The notes beneath the pieces are model-generated. The model was not told the DNA's origin. It was given only the letters and a program-made list of their open reading frames with translations, and searched no databases. Below, one piece after another: positions 20,020 to 28,441 of a stretch of DNA of 64,000 bases. Positions within the stretch are counted from its first letter, which is position 1, and the number at the start of each line of letters is the position of its first letter. The translations under genes were made by a program, and so were the position numbers. The stretch is taken from NCBI GenBank assembly GCA_001412365.1, contig LKUE01000319.1, forward strand, positions 2,264-66,263. The letters are read 5' to 3'. Source of the stretch: Desulfuromonas sp. SDB (GTDB taxonomy: Bacteria; SDB-A).

Positions 20020-20178
20020 ATAGGGGAAGTACATATCTGAGTTAGTGCTACGTAAATATACTCAGCTATCGAGTATAAGCTGAACTGATTTTAAACAAAT
20101 CATTATCTGTACATCTCAGCATCCGTTCAATTCTCCAGTTAGAATATTATTAACACACTTACCCCAGGAGGTTTTACG

Positions 20179-21669
20179 ATGAAACCAGTTAAGTTTTATG
20201 ATGCATTGATAAATAATACAGTTGAACATCCGGAGAGGAATAATGCCACCTCTCAAAGACTGTTTGAAGTAATGGAAAATGTTCTTCCGGGAAAACAAGC
20301 AGAAGATTTTACCAACCACTTAAAGAAAAAACTGGGCAATCCACACCCTCATAGCGCATTAACCAGCCAGCAGGCAAATATAATAATTGATGAGTTTGAT
20401 CAGTTTAATGTAAAAACAGAAGATTTAACTGAAATCATTGATCAGTTGTTTTTGTGTGAACTGTCCACCCAGGAAATTCTTCAGCTTCATCGGACTTATA
20501 AAATACCTGTCTCTAAATTGGAAACAGATATTTTGCCGGTACAGGGCAATGGATGCTGGATAAGAGACAGCAAAGGAGACTGGTTCCTGGACTTGGATAG
20601 TAATTACAGTGCTTCCAATTTAGGAATGGCTAATTTGGAAATTGCCAAAGGTCTTTATCATCAGGCAAAAACCTTGATCTCGATGAAAGAAGACCGAATA
20701 CAGGTAGCCCGGGCAAGGTTTCTCAAAGAAATCAGCCAAATGATGCCCCGGGGATTGACTAATTTTTACTGGCAGAATTCAGGGGGAGAAGCGGTGGATA
20801 AAGCTCTGAAAATTGCTAAAGCTTATACCCAAACCAAACAGGTGGTTGCGTTTAGGCATGGTTTTCACGGCAGGACTCATGGTGCAGTGGCAGTTACCCA
20901 TAATTTAAAATACCGCAAACCCTTTTTGCTGGATCAGGAAGACTGGGTTCACTTTGCTGATTTCAACGACCTGGAATCGGTTAAGAGAGTCTTGGATGAA
21001 ACCGGAAGCAAGATAATCATAATGGAAATGGTGCAGGGGGAAGAGGCAGGAAATTTGCCGGCTGATCAGGGTTTCATAAACCAATTATGGGATTTTGCCA
21101 GAGAAAACAACATAATTATAATTGACGATGAAGTCCAGGCAGGATTCGGCAGAACTGCCAGGAAACGGGGAGACTGGTTTGCCTGCATGAGTTATGAGGT
21201 TGTCCCGGATATAATGGTTATAGGAAAGTCGTTCGGAGGGGGCTATCCGGTTACCGCCGTAGTAACAAGTTCAAACATAAGTGAACAGATGAAACCGGGC
21301 TATGATGGATCAACTTTTGGAGGTAATCCCATGGCTATGGTTTCTGCTCTTATTGCCACCCGTCAGATGAGAAGGAAAAACATTACCGAAAATGTGATAG
21401 AACGCTCAACACAAATTGAGCAGGGTTTCTCCGCTCTTCAAAACAAGTATGACCTGGTAAAAGATTTTCGTGTTTACGGCTTGATGATTGCTTTAGATCT
21501 GGGAAATGAGCAACAGGTGAAAATAATGCAGGAAAAACTGAGAGATAACGGGGTTAAATCGTCCCTGTCCACCGGAAAATATATTAGATTTCTACCCCCC
21601 ACGATAATTTCAGCGGGAGAAGTTGATTATTTTTTAAACACCCTGGATGAAGTAATCGGTAATTTGTAA
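20179..21669 (+). CDS. class III (omega) PLP-dependent aminotransferase with a ~100-aa N-terminal extension
   Basis: AT-III fold motifs (NSGGEAVDKALKIAK, IIDDEVQAGFGRT, PLP-lysine in VIGKSFGGG). Confidence 0.75.
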   Translation: MKPVKFYDALINNTVEHPERNNATSQRLFEVMENVLPGKQAEDFTNHLKKKLGNPHPHSALTSQQANIIIDEFDQFNVKTEDLTEIIDQLFLCELSTQEILQLHRTYKIPVSKLETDILPVQGNGCWIRDSKGDWFLDLDSNYSASNLGMANLEIAKGLYHQAKTLISMKEDRIQVARARFLKEISQMMPRGLTNFYWQNSGGEAVDKALKIAKAYTQTKQVVAFRHGFHGRTHGAVAVTHNLKYRKPFLLDQEDWVHFADFNDLESVKRVLDETGSKIIIMEMVQGEEAGNLPADQGFINQLWDFARENNIIIIDDEVQAGFGRTARKRGDWFACMSYEVVPDIMVIGKSFGGGYPVTAVVTSSNISEQMKPGYDGSTFGGNPMAMVSALIATRQMRRKNITENVIERSTQIEQGFSALQNKYDLVKDFRVYGLMIALDLGNEQQVKIMQEKLRDNGVKSSLSTGKYIRFLPPTIISAGEVDYFLNTLDEVIGNL

Positions 21670-21681
21670 ATCAACTGTACA

Positions 21682-22230
21682 TTACTTAAGCTGATTGTTT
21701 AAAGGTAGTTTAGCTATGCTGTGGGAAAAAACCTGCATCAGATAGAAGATCAATATCCATTTGACCAGTAAATTTAATAACTCCTGGTCAATGGGAATGA
21801 ACAGAATCAGGATTATACCCAGTAGAAAAATTGGAAAAAAAGAAAAAAGCAGAAGTTTTGATTTAAAATCCAGTTCTGCCAGTATTTTTAGAATGTTCAT
21901 ATCCTTGAACAGAGAATAACCCAGAAAATTTACCGGGAAAATACAGGCAAAGATAAAAGGGAATAATATCTTTCCTAATTTGTAAAAGTAAGCCATGAAA
22001 GTTGAACTGTAAATAACCGCAACAAAAAATACCAGAATACAGGTAATTACCAGAGATTGAAAAAAGGTAAACATCAGAGGTATAACTGCATGAATCCAAC
22101 TCATTAATGAAATTTCCTGGATTTCCCAGAGAGGAGGTTTATCTTCTCCTCTGTAGGCAGACTGAATTATCTGCTGGAAATAACTGAAGGAAAATCCAGT
22201 TAAAGCGGCAAACATAAGCAGGCATACCAA
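21682..22230 (-). CDS. hypothetical polytopic membrane protein (start uncertain)
   Basis: Five to six hydrophobic helices; the frame stays open and TM-like (LVPLAASTVILVLIYFLTWF) for ~110 nt upstream of the called TTG start. Confidence 0.4.
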   Translation of the reverse strand: MVCLLMFAALTGFSFSYFQQIIQSAYRGEDKPPLWEIQEISLMSWIHAVIPLMFTFFQSLVITCILVFFVAVIYSSTFMAYFYKLGKILFPFIFACIFPVNFLGYSLFKDMNILKILAELDFKSKLLLFSFFPIFLLGIILILFIPIDQELLNLLVKWILIFYLMQVFSHSIAKLPLNNQLK

Positions 22231-22387
22231 TGCAGCATAGACACCCAGTAAACTGGTTCCAAACCAGGTTAAAAAGTAAATTAAGACAAGTATAACAGTA
22301 CTGGCGGCAAGGGGAACCAGACCTTCCAGGTTTAATGGATAAGTAAAATATCTGTGTATTTTTTTTATTATTTAATCCTTAATAAAT

Positions 22388-23479
22388 TTATAAAAAGCTG
22401 TTTATCTGAACTTTTATCTTTCTGGAAATAAAATCAGTTCCTTCCCCCGGATTGAAGTAGAGGATGCTTAATATGCTGTCGTCAATTACATCCATTTGAT
22501 AGGGCAGAAGACAATTATCTCCCTCTAAACAGATAGTGGATAGATAAAATGATCCGGTATAAGCAAAGGAAGGCAGTTTGTAGATATCCACCAATCCGAA
22601 TTTCTCCGACCGGAAAAAATCATCATGGTATTTCCACCCATTCTGCCAAAGCCGGAAAAACAATACAAACATATAATTTTCACTGAATTCAATAGATTGA
22701 CAGGGAGTGCTCCTTATTCTCAGTTGGCTGGTGGGATGATATTGGTCAACGGGAGTTTCGAAGACAATAGGCACACTCCAGTCATGATGGACTCTGCCGA
22801 AACTGTCCAATAAATCTCCGGTAAAAATATTGAAAATTTTAAATTTGTCATGGAAGTAGTCATACCAGAACAGTAAATTTTTATAAACAGCGACATTTCC
22901 GCCAATGGGTTTTAAAATCCCCTGGTTGTAAAGATGATTACGGTATCTCTCCACCGGATAGGGGATGGTCTGACCGAAGGAATTCAGTTTTATACTGTTT
23001 TTCAAATCGTAAATTACGAATAACTGATCATTGGACAATAAATCAGAATATAAAATGGTACTGTCATCTATGATGAATAAATTGGAAATTTTAGCAGGTA
23101 TCCGGTGTTCCCGGATATAATTGAAACTGCTGTCGTAAATGATAATTTTGGTCAAGGTAGAACAGAAAATTATAAAATTATCCTGAAAAAACAATGCACA
23201 TCTGGGAAATTTAAATTCTCCGGGACCTTCTCCTACTTTTTCAATTTTTTCAGTAGTGCTTTCAGATAAATTAATTATTGTTACCGCTTTTTGGTAAAAT
23301 CCACAGATTGCCCGGTTGTCCTGGAAAGAGATTAAATCACCGTAGTAATTTTCAGTAAATATGCTGTCTTCACGTAAAATTTCAATTTCTAAAACAACAG
23401 TATTGTCCTGGTGATTTTTACAACTCAATAATGTAATTAATAAAATCAGTGACCAGTTCTTTATTATGATTTCCTTCAT
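22388..23479 (-). CDS. hypothetical lipoprotein, probable NHL-like beta-propeller
   Basis: Signal peptide plus LLSC lipobox; aromatic-rich repetitive sequence with an NHL-like GEGPGEFKFP motif. Confidence 0.45.
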   Translation of the reverse strand: MKEIIIKNWSLILLITLLSCKNHQDNTVVLEIEILREDSIFTENYYGDLISFQDNRAICGFYQKAVTIINLSESTTEKIEKVGEGPGEFKFPRCALFFQDNFIIFCSTLTKIIIYDSSFNYIREHRIPAKISNLFIIDDSTILYSDLLSNDQLFVIYDLKNSIKLNSFGQTIPYPVERYRNHLYNQGILKPIGGNVAVYKNLLFWYDYFHDKFKIFNIFTGDLLDSFGRVHHDWSVPIVFETPVDQYHPTSQLRIRSTPCQSIEFSENYMFVLFFRLWQNGWKYHDDFFRSEKFGLVDIYKLPSFAYTGSFYLSTICLEGDNCLLPYQMDVIDDSILSILYFNPGEGTDFISRKIKVQINSFL

Positions 23480-23562
23480 TTGGTTAAGTTAATAGTATTT
23501 ATGATTAATATTCAACAAAAAATACCATAGTGGAAAATTCATCTCTATGATATAAATTTTCT

Positions 23563-24213
23563 ATGTCGATTTTTAAAGCAGAACAAGTTTCGGTAAACCT
23601 CGATCCCAAATTTTCCGTACTGGATTTAAATTTAACTGTTGAAGAAAAGGAAAAAATATTGTTGTTCGGTAAATCCGGTTCGGGTAAAACTACAATTTTA
23701 AAAATGTTTTTAGGATTTGTGATCCCCTCCCAGGGAAAGCTGTTCTTCCGGGATGAGGAGATAAACTGCCGCAACATCTGGGATCTCCGTTCCCAGGTCT
23801 CCTATGTAAGTCAGAATAACAATATCGGGGATATCCCAGTAAAAGAGGTAATAGATAGAATCATGTCATTTAAAGTTAACCGGAACATTCAGTATAAACA
23901 TAAATTAAATCAATACCTGGATTTATTTGAAAAACCCCTAGAAATCCTGGACAAGGAATTCAGTGACTTGTCGGGAGGAGAACAGCAGATAATCAATATC
24001 ATCATCAGTCTGCTTCTGGAAAGAAAAATATTTTTACTGGATGAAATAACTTCATCCCTGGATGTTGAATTGAAAAACAAAGTTCAGCGGTACTTCATTC
24101 AACAGGAGCAATGCACTGAAATTATTGTATCCCACGATCAGAGCTGGATGGAATTTAATAATATTAAAACCATAACCGTGGACAGTATATGGGCGCAAAA
24201 GATATATCACTGA
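23563..24213 (+). CDS. ABC transporter ATP-binding protein, FetA/YbbL-like
   Basis: Walker A GKSGSGKTT, signature LSGGEQQ, Walker B LLDEITSSLD; 216 aa and similar to the E. coli FetA layout. Confidence 0.6.
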   Translation: MSIFKAEQVSVNLDPKFSVLDLNLTVEEKEKILLFGKSGSGKTTILKMFLGFVIPSQGKLFFRDEEINCRNIWDLRSQVSYVSQNNNIGDIPVKEVIDRIMSFKVNRNIQYKHKLNQYLDLFEKPLEILDKEFSDLSGGEQQIINIIISLLLERKIFLLDEITSSLDVELKNKVQRYFIQQEQCTEIIVSHDQSWMEFNNIKTITVDSIWAQKIYH

Positions 24214-24980
24214 TATCAGTATTTCTATGTTTCTTACTGCTGATTGTACCTGTCGCTATATTTCTGCGGTTTAAAGTACAATTAATAAAATCGCTGCTAA
24301 GCTCAGTAGCCAGGATGACTTTACAATTGTTCTTAGCGGGAGTGTATCTGCAGTTCATTTTCCGGTGGAACAATGTTTTTATCAATATATTGTGGCTGAT
24401 GATCATGGTCACTGCGGCTACCATAACTGTATTGAGATCAACTAATTTAAACATCCGAAAATTATTCCTCTCCATTTTCTGCTCTTTTCTGATTACAGTG
24501 ATAGCGGTACTGGTTTATTTCAACTGGGTGGTGATAGGATTGGAAGTGATCTTCGATTCCCGTTATGTAATTGTGATCGGAGGGATGCTTTTGGGAAATT
24601 CACTCCGGGGGAGTATTGTAGGGCTGAATTCAATTTACCAGCAGTTGAAAAAATCAGAATCCTGCTATCTTTACTGCCTGGCGGGAGGAGCAACTAAATT
24701 TGAAGCATTGATGCCTTATCTTCAGGACAGCTTAAAATTTGCACTGATGCCCACCATCGCCTCCATGGCTACTATCGGACTGGTTCATCTTCCCGGAATG
24801 ATGACTGGTCAAATCCTGGGGGGATCAAATCCCATGGTGGCAGTTAAATATCAGATTACCATCATGATCGCCATCTTTACCGTGACCAGTTTAAATGTGG
24901 TGCTGACTTTTCTGTTTTCCATCTACGCCAGTTTCAACCGGTATGGGGTGATCAAGAAGGGTATCTGGAAAAATCATTGA
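24189..24980 (+). CDS. ABC transporter permease, FetB/YbbM (UPF0014)-like
   Basis: 263-aa polytopic membrane protein overlapping the ATPase gene; size and pairing fit the FetAB iron exporter family. Confidence 0.5.
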   Translation: MGAKDISLISVFLCFLLLIVPVAIFLRFKVQLIKSLLSSVARMTLQLFLAGVYLQFIFRWNNVFINILWLMIMVTAATITVLRSTNLNIRKLFLSIFCSFLITVIAVLVYFNWVVIGLEVIFDSRYVIVIGGMLLGNSLRGSIVGLNSIYQQLKKSESCYLYCLAGGATKFEALMPYLQDSLKFALMPTIASMATIGLVHLPGMMTGQILGGSNPMVAVKYQITIMIAIFTVTSLNVVLTFLFSIYASFNRYGVIKKGIWKNH

Positions 24981-25007
24981 CTTCGTAGTACCCCCCCCCA
25001 GTTAAGT

Positions 25008-25140
25008 AACCACAGAAGACACGGTTCCCCCCTCCCCACCATTAATGAACACAAAGCACCCCTCATCCCCGCCTATTAGAATAAACCACAGAGGACACGG
25101 TTCCCCCCTCCCCACCATTAATGAACACAAAGCCCCCCTC
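25008..25140. repeat. Two copies of a 57-nt C-rich direct repeat separated by 19 nt, preceded by a 9-C homopolymer (24991-24999)
   Basis: aaccacaga[a/g]gacacggttcccccctccccaccattaatgaacacaaagc[a/c]cccctc at 25008-25064 and 25084-25140; a hairpin acctgcc-ttagt-ggcaggt at 25166-25184. Confidence 0.8.
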
Positions 25141-25288
25141 CACTCCGGATAAGAGGATAGGATTAACCTGCCTTAGTGGCAGGTAAACCGGATAGAAAAA
25201 GAGTACAATAATCAGGTGTAAAAATCATAAGTCTGTTTTATAATCTTTGTTTTTAAGATAATTTAAATAAATAAAAAAATAATAAGAT

Positions 25289-26818
25289 ATGTTAGCCTGG
25301 CAGGATTATATTGTTCTAGCCGGTTATGCCGCAGTAATTGTTACCATTGGCATTATCACCGGCAGAAAAGAAAAAAATATAACCGACTACTTCCTGGGGG
25401 GCAGGTCGATGCCCTGGTGGTCGGTAATGATTTCTATTTATGCTACTGCCTTATCTGCGCTTACTTTCATTGGAGTTCCGGGAGCAGCATTTAAGGGAGA
25501 TTTTCATTATCTCCAACTGGGATTCGGGGATTTAGTGGGTCGGATCCTGATTTCATTTATCCTGTTGAAACCATATTATAAACATCAAGTTACCACCGTA
25601 TATGAACTGCTGGATAAGAGATTTGGTAAATTTTCCCGGGGCTCTGGAACACTGTTCTTTCTGGTAACCAGACTTTTAGCCAGTGGAGTAAGACTGGCTG
25701 GTTGTGCTATCGCCCTTTCAGTGATATTTAGTATTCCCATGAATCTAGCCATAGTGATCATCGGACTGGTTGCCCTGGCTTATACATCGGTGGGAGGAAT
25801 AAAGGCGGTTATCTGGACGGATACCTTGCAGTTTTTATTATTTATTGCCGCTGCCACTGTGGTTATCTGGTTGTCGGTAAATTCTCTGCCCGGAGGTTTT
25901 TCTGAATTTATTCAAGTGGGACAGCAATTTTCCAAATTTAAGATTTTTCATATATCCTTTAATCCGGCTAGCCAGGATTTCTGGCTTAATTTATCCAATC
26001 CCCAGTCCTTTATTGCCGGATTTTTATTTGGCGCATTTACCACCTTTGCCGCATTGGGTACAGATCAGGATTTGGTGCAGAGAATGCTGACCTGTAAAAA
26101 GGTAACCCAGAGTCAAATTGCCCTGATTTTTTCAGGATTGTTGAATTTCCCGGTAACTCTTCTGTTTTTATCAGTGGGAGCAGGTTTATTTGTGTTTTTT
26201 AAAATCAATCCTGATCCGGTAGTTACTGATTTTGTAGCCCAGGGAAAAACAGATTACATCTTCCCCTATTTTATAAAGACCTTTCTCTCTCCGGGAATCA
26301 AAGGTCTGCTAATTGCCGGATTGCTGGCGGCAGCAATGTCATCACTGGATTCTGCAATTAATGCCCTGGCTTCCACTGCCTATGTGGACATTTACACTGC
26401 TTTTATGAATAAAAAAGCGGATCCCGCTAAAGCGGTGAGGGTTTCCAGAATTCTGGTAGCAGGTTTTTCAGTCATTCTCATCGGAATTGCAGTGATGTTC
26501 AGCAATACCGAATCAATTTTATGGCTGGGTTTTAAAATTGTAGGCTATACTTACGGGGCAATGCTGGGGATATTTTTACTGGCAGTGCTGACCAGAACCA
26601 GGGGAAATGACTGGGTAAATGCGGCAATTATGGTCAGCAGTGTGCTGGTGGTGTTGTTTTTCACTTCAGAATCAGCAGGAATTTTGACCGGGGTGAGGAG
26701 AGTAATGCTAACTCCTCTGGGCATTGATAAAATTGCCTGGCCCTGGGCAATTATAATGGGTACGGGATGGACTTTTGGATGGGGATTGTTGTTTAAAACC
26801 GGTAAAAATTTCAATTGA
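25289..26818 (+). CDS. sodium:solute symporter (SSS) family transporter
   Basis: 13-TM profile and the N-terminal SSS signature region (GGRSMPWWSV...); 509 aa. Confidence 0.7.
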   Translation: MLAWQDYIVLAGYAAVIVTIGIITGRKEKNITDYFLGGRSMPWWSVMISIYATALSALTFIGVPGAAFKGDFHYLQLGFGDLVGRILISFILLKPYYKHQVTTVYELLDKRFGKFSRGSGTLFFLVTRLLASGVRLAGCAIALSVIFSIPMNLAIVIIGLVALAYTSVGGIKAVIWTDTLQFLLFIAAATVVIWLSVNSLPGGFSEFIQVGQQFSKFKIFHISFNPASQDFWLNLSNPQSFIAGFLFGAFTTFAALGTDQDLVQRMLTCKKVTQSQIALIFSGLLNFPVTLLFLSVGAGLFVFFKINPDPVVTDFVAQGKTDYIFPYFIKTFLSPGIKGLLIAGLLAAAMSSLDSAINALASTAYVDIYTAFMNKKADPAKAVRVSRILVAGFSVILIGIAVMFSNTESILWLGFKIVGYTYGAMLGIFLLAVLTRTRGNDWVNAAIMVSSVLVVLFFTSESAGILTGVRRVMLTPLGIDKIAWPWAIIMGTGWTFGWGLLFKTGKNFN

Positions 26819-26824
26819 AAAGCG

Positions 26825-27760
26825 ATGAATGAATTACAAAAAACACTGAATAATATAAAAAAGATATTAAAAATTAATCATGTGAACATCAAAGAAATTA
26901 AACAAATTAATCATGGATTTCAGCTCAAACTTGATCATCCCCAGCTTACCGGACATCTTCGAATATATTCAGGCAGAAAGGGAATCCGCATTGATCAGAG
27001 TCAGTTAAAGTCAATTCCCGGAACCGAAATTGCTGACATCCTTAAAACAGCACTAAATCTGAAAGATATTCCGGAGACAGAAAAAAATCAAGCTTTCGGC
27101 GGCAGTATAATCGGATGCGATGAATCTGGAAAAGGAGACTACTTCGGACCACTGGTTTGCGCTGCAGTTTTTGTTGACAAGAACTTAGAACAACAATGGA
27201 AAGAATTTTCCATTGAGGACAGTAAAAACCTTAGCGATAGTAAAAACTATCAAATTGGTCAGATGATGTTAAGCCTTTATAAAGATTTTGTTGAAATAGC
27301 TGAACTGTGGCCAGCTGAATATAACCGACAATATAATCAGATGAAAAAACAGCATTTAAATCTCAATCATTTACTAGCCCGTTTACATTCTCAAGCAATT
27401 TTGAAGTTAGCGGACAGACACCCACCGGATACAGTTATAATTGATCAATTTTCAAAACAATCCTTATTTAATTTGCCATCAGCCGGTTTTTCTAAAACTT
27501 TAAAAATAATTGAAATAACCCGAGCAGAAAAATATATGGCGGTAGCAGCAGCATCAGTAATAGCCAGATATCGTTATCTGACTGTATTAGATGAACTATC
27601 CAGTTGCTACAACCTTACTTTCCCCAAGGGAGCAGGAAGAAAAGTTGAAAAATTTGCCCAAAATTTTGTGCAGAAACACAGCCGGAAAAAACTAAATGAA
27701 GTAGCTAAGGTGCATTTTAAAACCACTAGTAAAATAGATGTTCTGGAATTTGATTGCTAA
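26825..27760 (+). CDS. rnhC: ribonuclease HIII
   Basis: RNase HII/HIII catalytic motif GCDESGKGDYFGPLV plus a ~90-aa N-terminal substrate-binding domain typical of RNase HIII; 311 aa. Confidence 0.75.
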   Translation: MNELQKTLNNIKKILKINHVNIKEIKQINHGFQLKLDHPQLTGHLRIYSGRKGIRIDQSQLKSIPGTEIADILKTALNLKDIPETEKNQAFGGSIIGCDESGKGDYFGPLVCAAVFVDKNLEQQWKEFSIEDSKNLSDSKNYQIGQMMLSLYKDFVEIAELWPAEYNRQYNQMKKQHLNLNHLLARLHSQAILKLADRHPPDTVIIDQFSKQSLFNLPSAGFSKTLKIIEITRAEKYMAVAAASVIARYRYLTVLDELSSCYNLTFPKGAGRKVEKFAQNFVQKHSRKKLNEVAKVHFKTTSKIDVLEFDC

Positions 27761-27779
27761 CTGAAAATACTGAAGGGGA

Positions 27780-28394
27780 TTGATAATGGAAATTAATTTC
27801 AAAGAAATTGTTGAAAATGACCGTCTATTAAAGCAGATAAATTTTATAATTGAACTGGATAAATTAAAAAGCATTTTTCGCCAGAGTTACCTTTCCCACT
27901 CAAAACGTCATGAGAATGATGCCGAACATTCCTGGCATATAGCGGTTATGGCTATCCTGTTAGCTGAACATAGTTCTGTTTTAAACAAAGATCCTGATTT
28001 ATTGAAAGTAGTCAAAATGCTGCTAATTCATGATATAGTTGAAATTGACGCTGGTGACACCTATTGCTATGATGAAATTGGAAATGCACATAAAGAACAA
28101 AGGGAATTAAAAGCAGCAGCACGGATATTTAATATTTTACCTGAAGATCAAAGTCAGGAATTATTTGATTTATGGCAGGAATTTGAGCAGCAAGTAACTC
28201 CTGAGGCGGTATTTGCGGCTAGTTTGGATCGGATTCAGCCGATTATTTTAAATTTTCTTTCTGCAGGTAAGTCTTGGAAAGAGCATGATATAACTCCTGA
28301 TATGATTTTAAAAAGAAATTCAATTATTGAAAAAGGGTCTCCTGCTCTGTGGAATATGGTGAAAAATATTTTAAAAATATTTTTTAATAGATAA
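27780..28394 (+). CDS. HD-domain phosphohydrolase (YfbR/5'-deoxynucleotidase-like)
   Basis: H..H...D metal motifs (AEHSWHIAVMA...LIHDIVEIDAGD). Confidence 0.5.
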   Translation: MIMEINFKEIVENDRLLKQINFIIELDKLKSIFRQSYLSHSKRHENDAEHSWHIAVMAILLAEHSSVLNKDPDLLKVVKMLLIHDIVEIDAGDTYCYDEIGNAHKEQRELKAAARIFNILPEDQSQELFDLWQEFEQQVTPEAVFAASLDRIQPIILNFLSAGKSWKEHDITPDMILKRNSIIEKGSPALWNMVKNILKIFFNR

Positions 28395-28441
28395 GTTTGA
28401 AGTTTATCAGCTTAGTTTTAATTTATTACTGAGAAAAGGAG

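Noticed and set aside
19729-20178. Search for a BrnT/RelE-type toxin partner of the RHH gene
   Set aside because: No ORF of 60 aa or more, in any frame, sits in the 75-bp upstream or 160-bp downstream gaps. The minus-strand ORF 20116-20319 overlaps the aminotransferase start and looks spurious.
25008-25140. Possible CRISPR-like repeat-spacer-repeat
   Set aside because: Only two copies, repeats are 57 nt (too long), no cas genes in the window and no further periodicity. Treated as an unexplained direct repeat instead.
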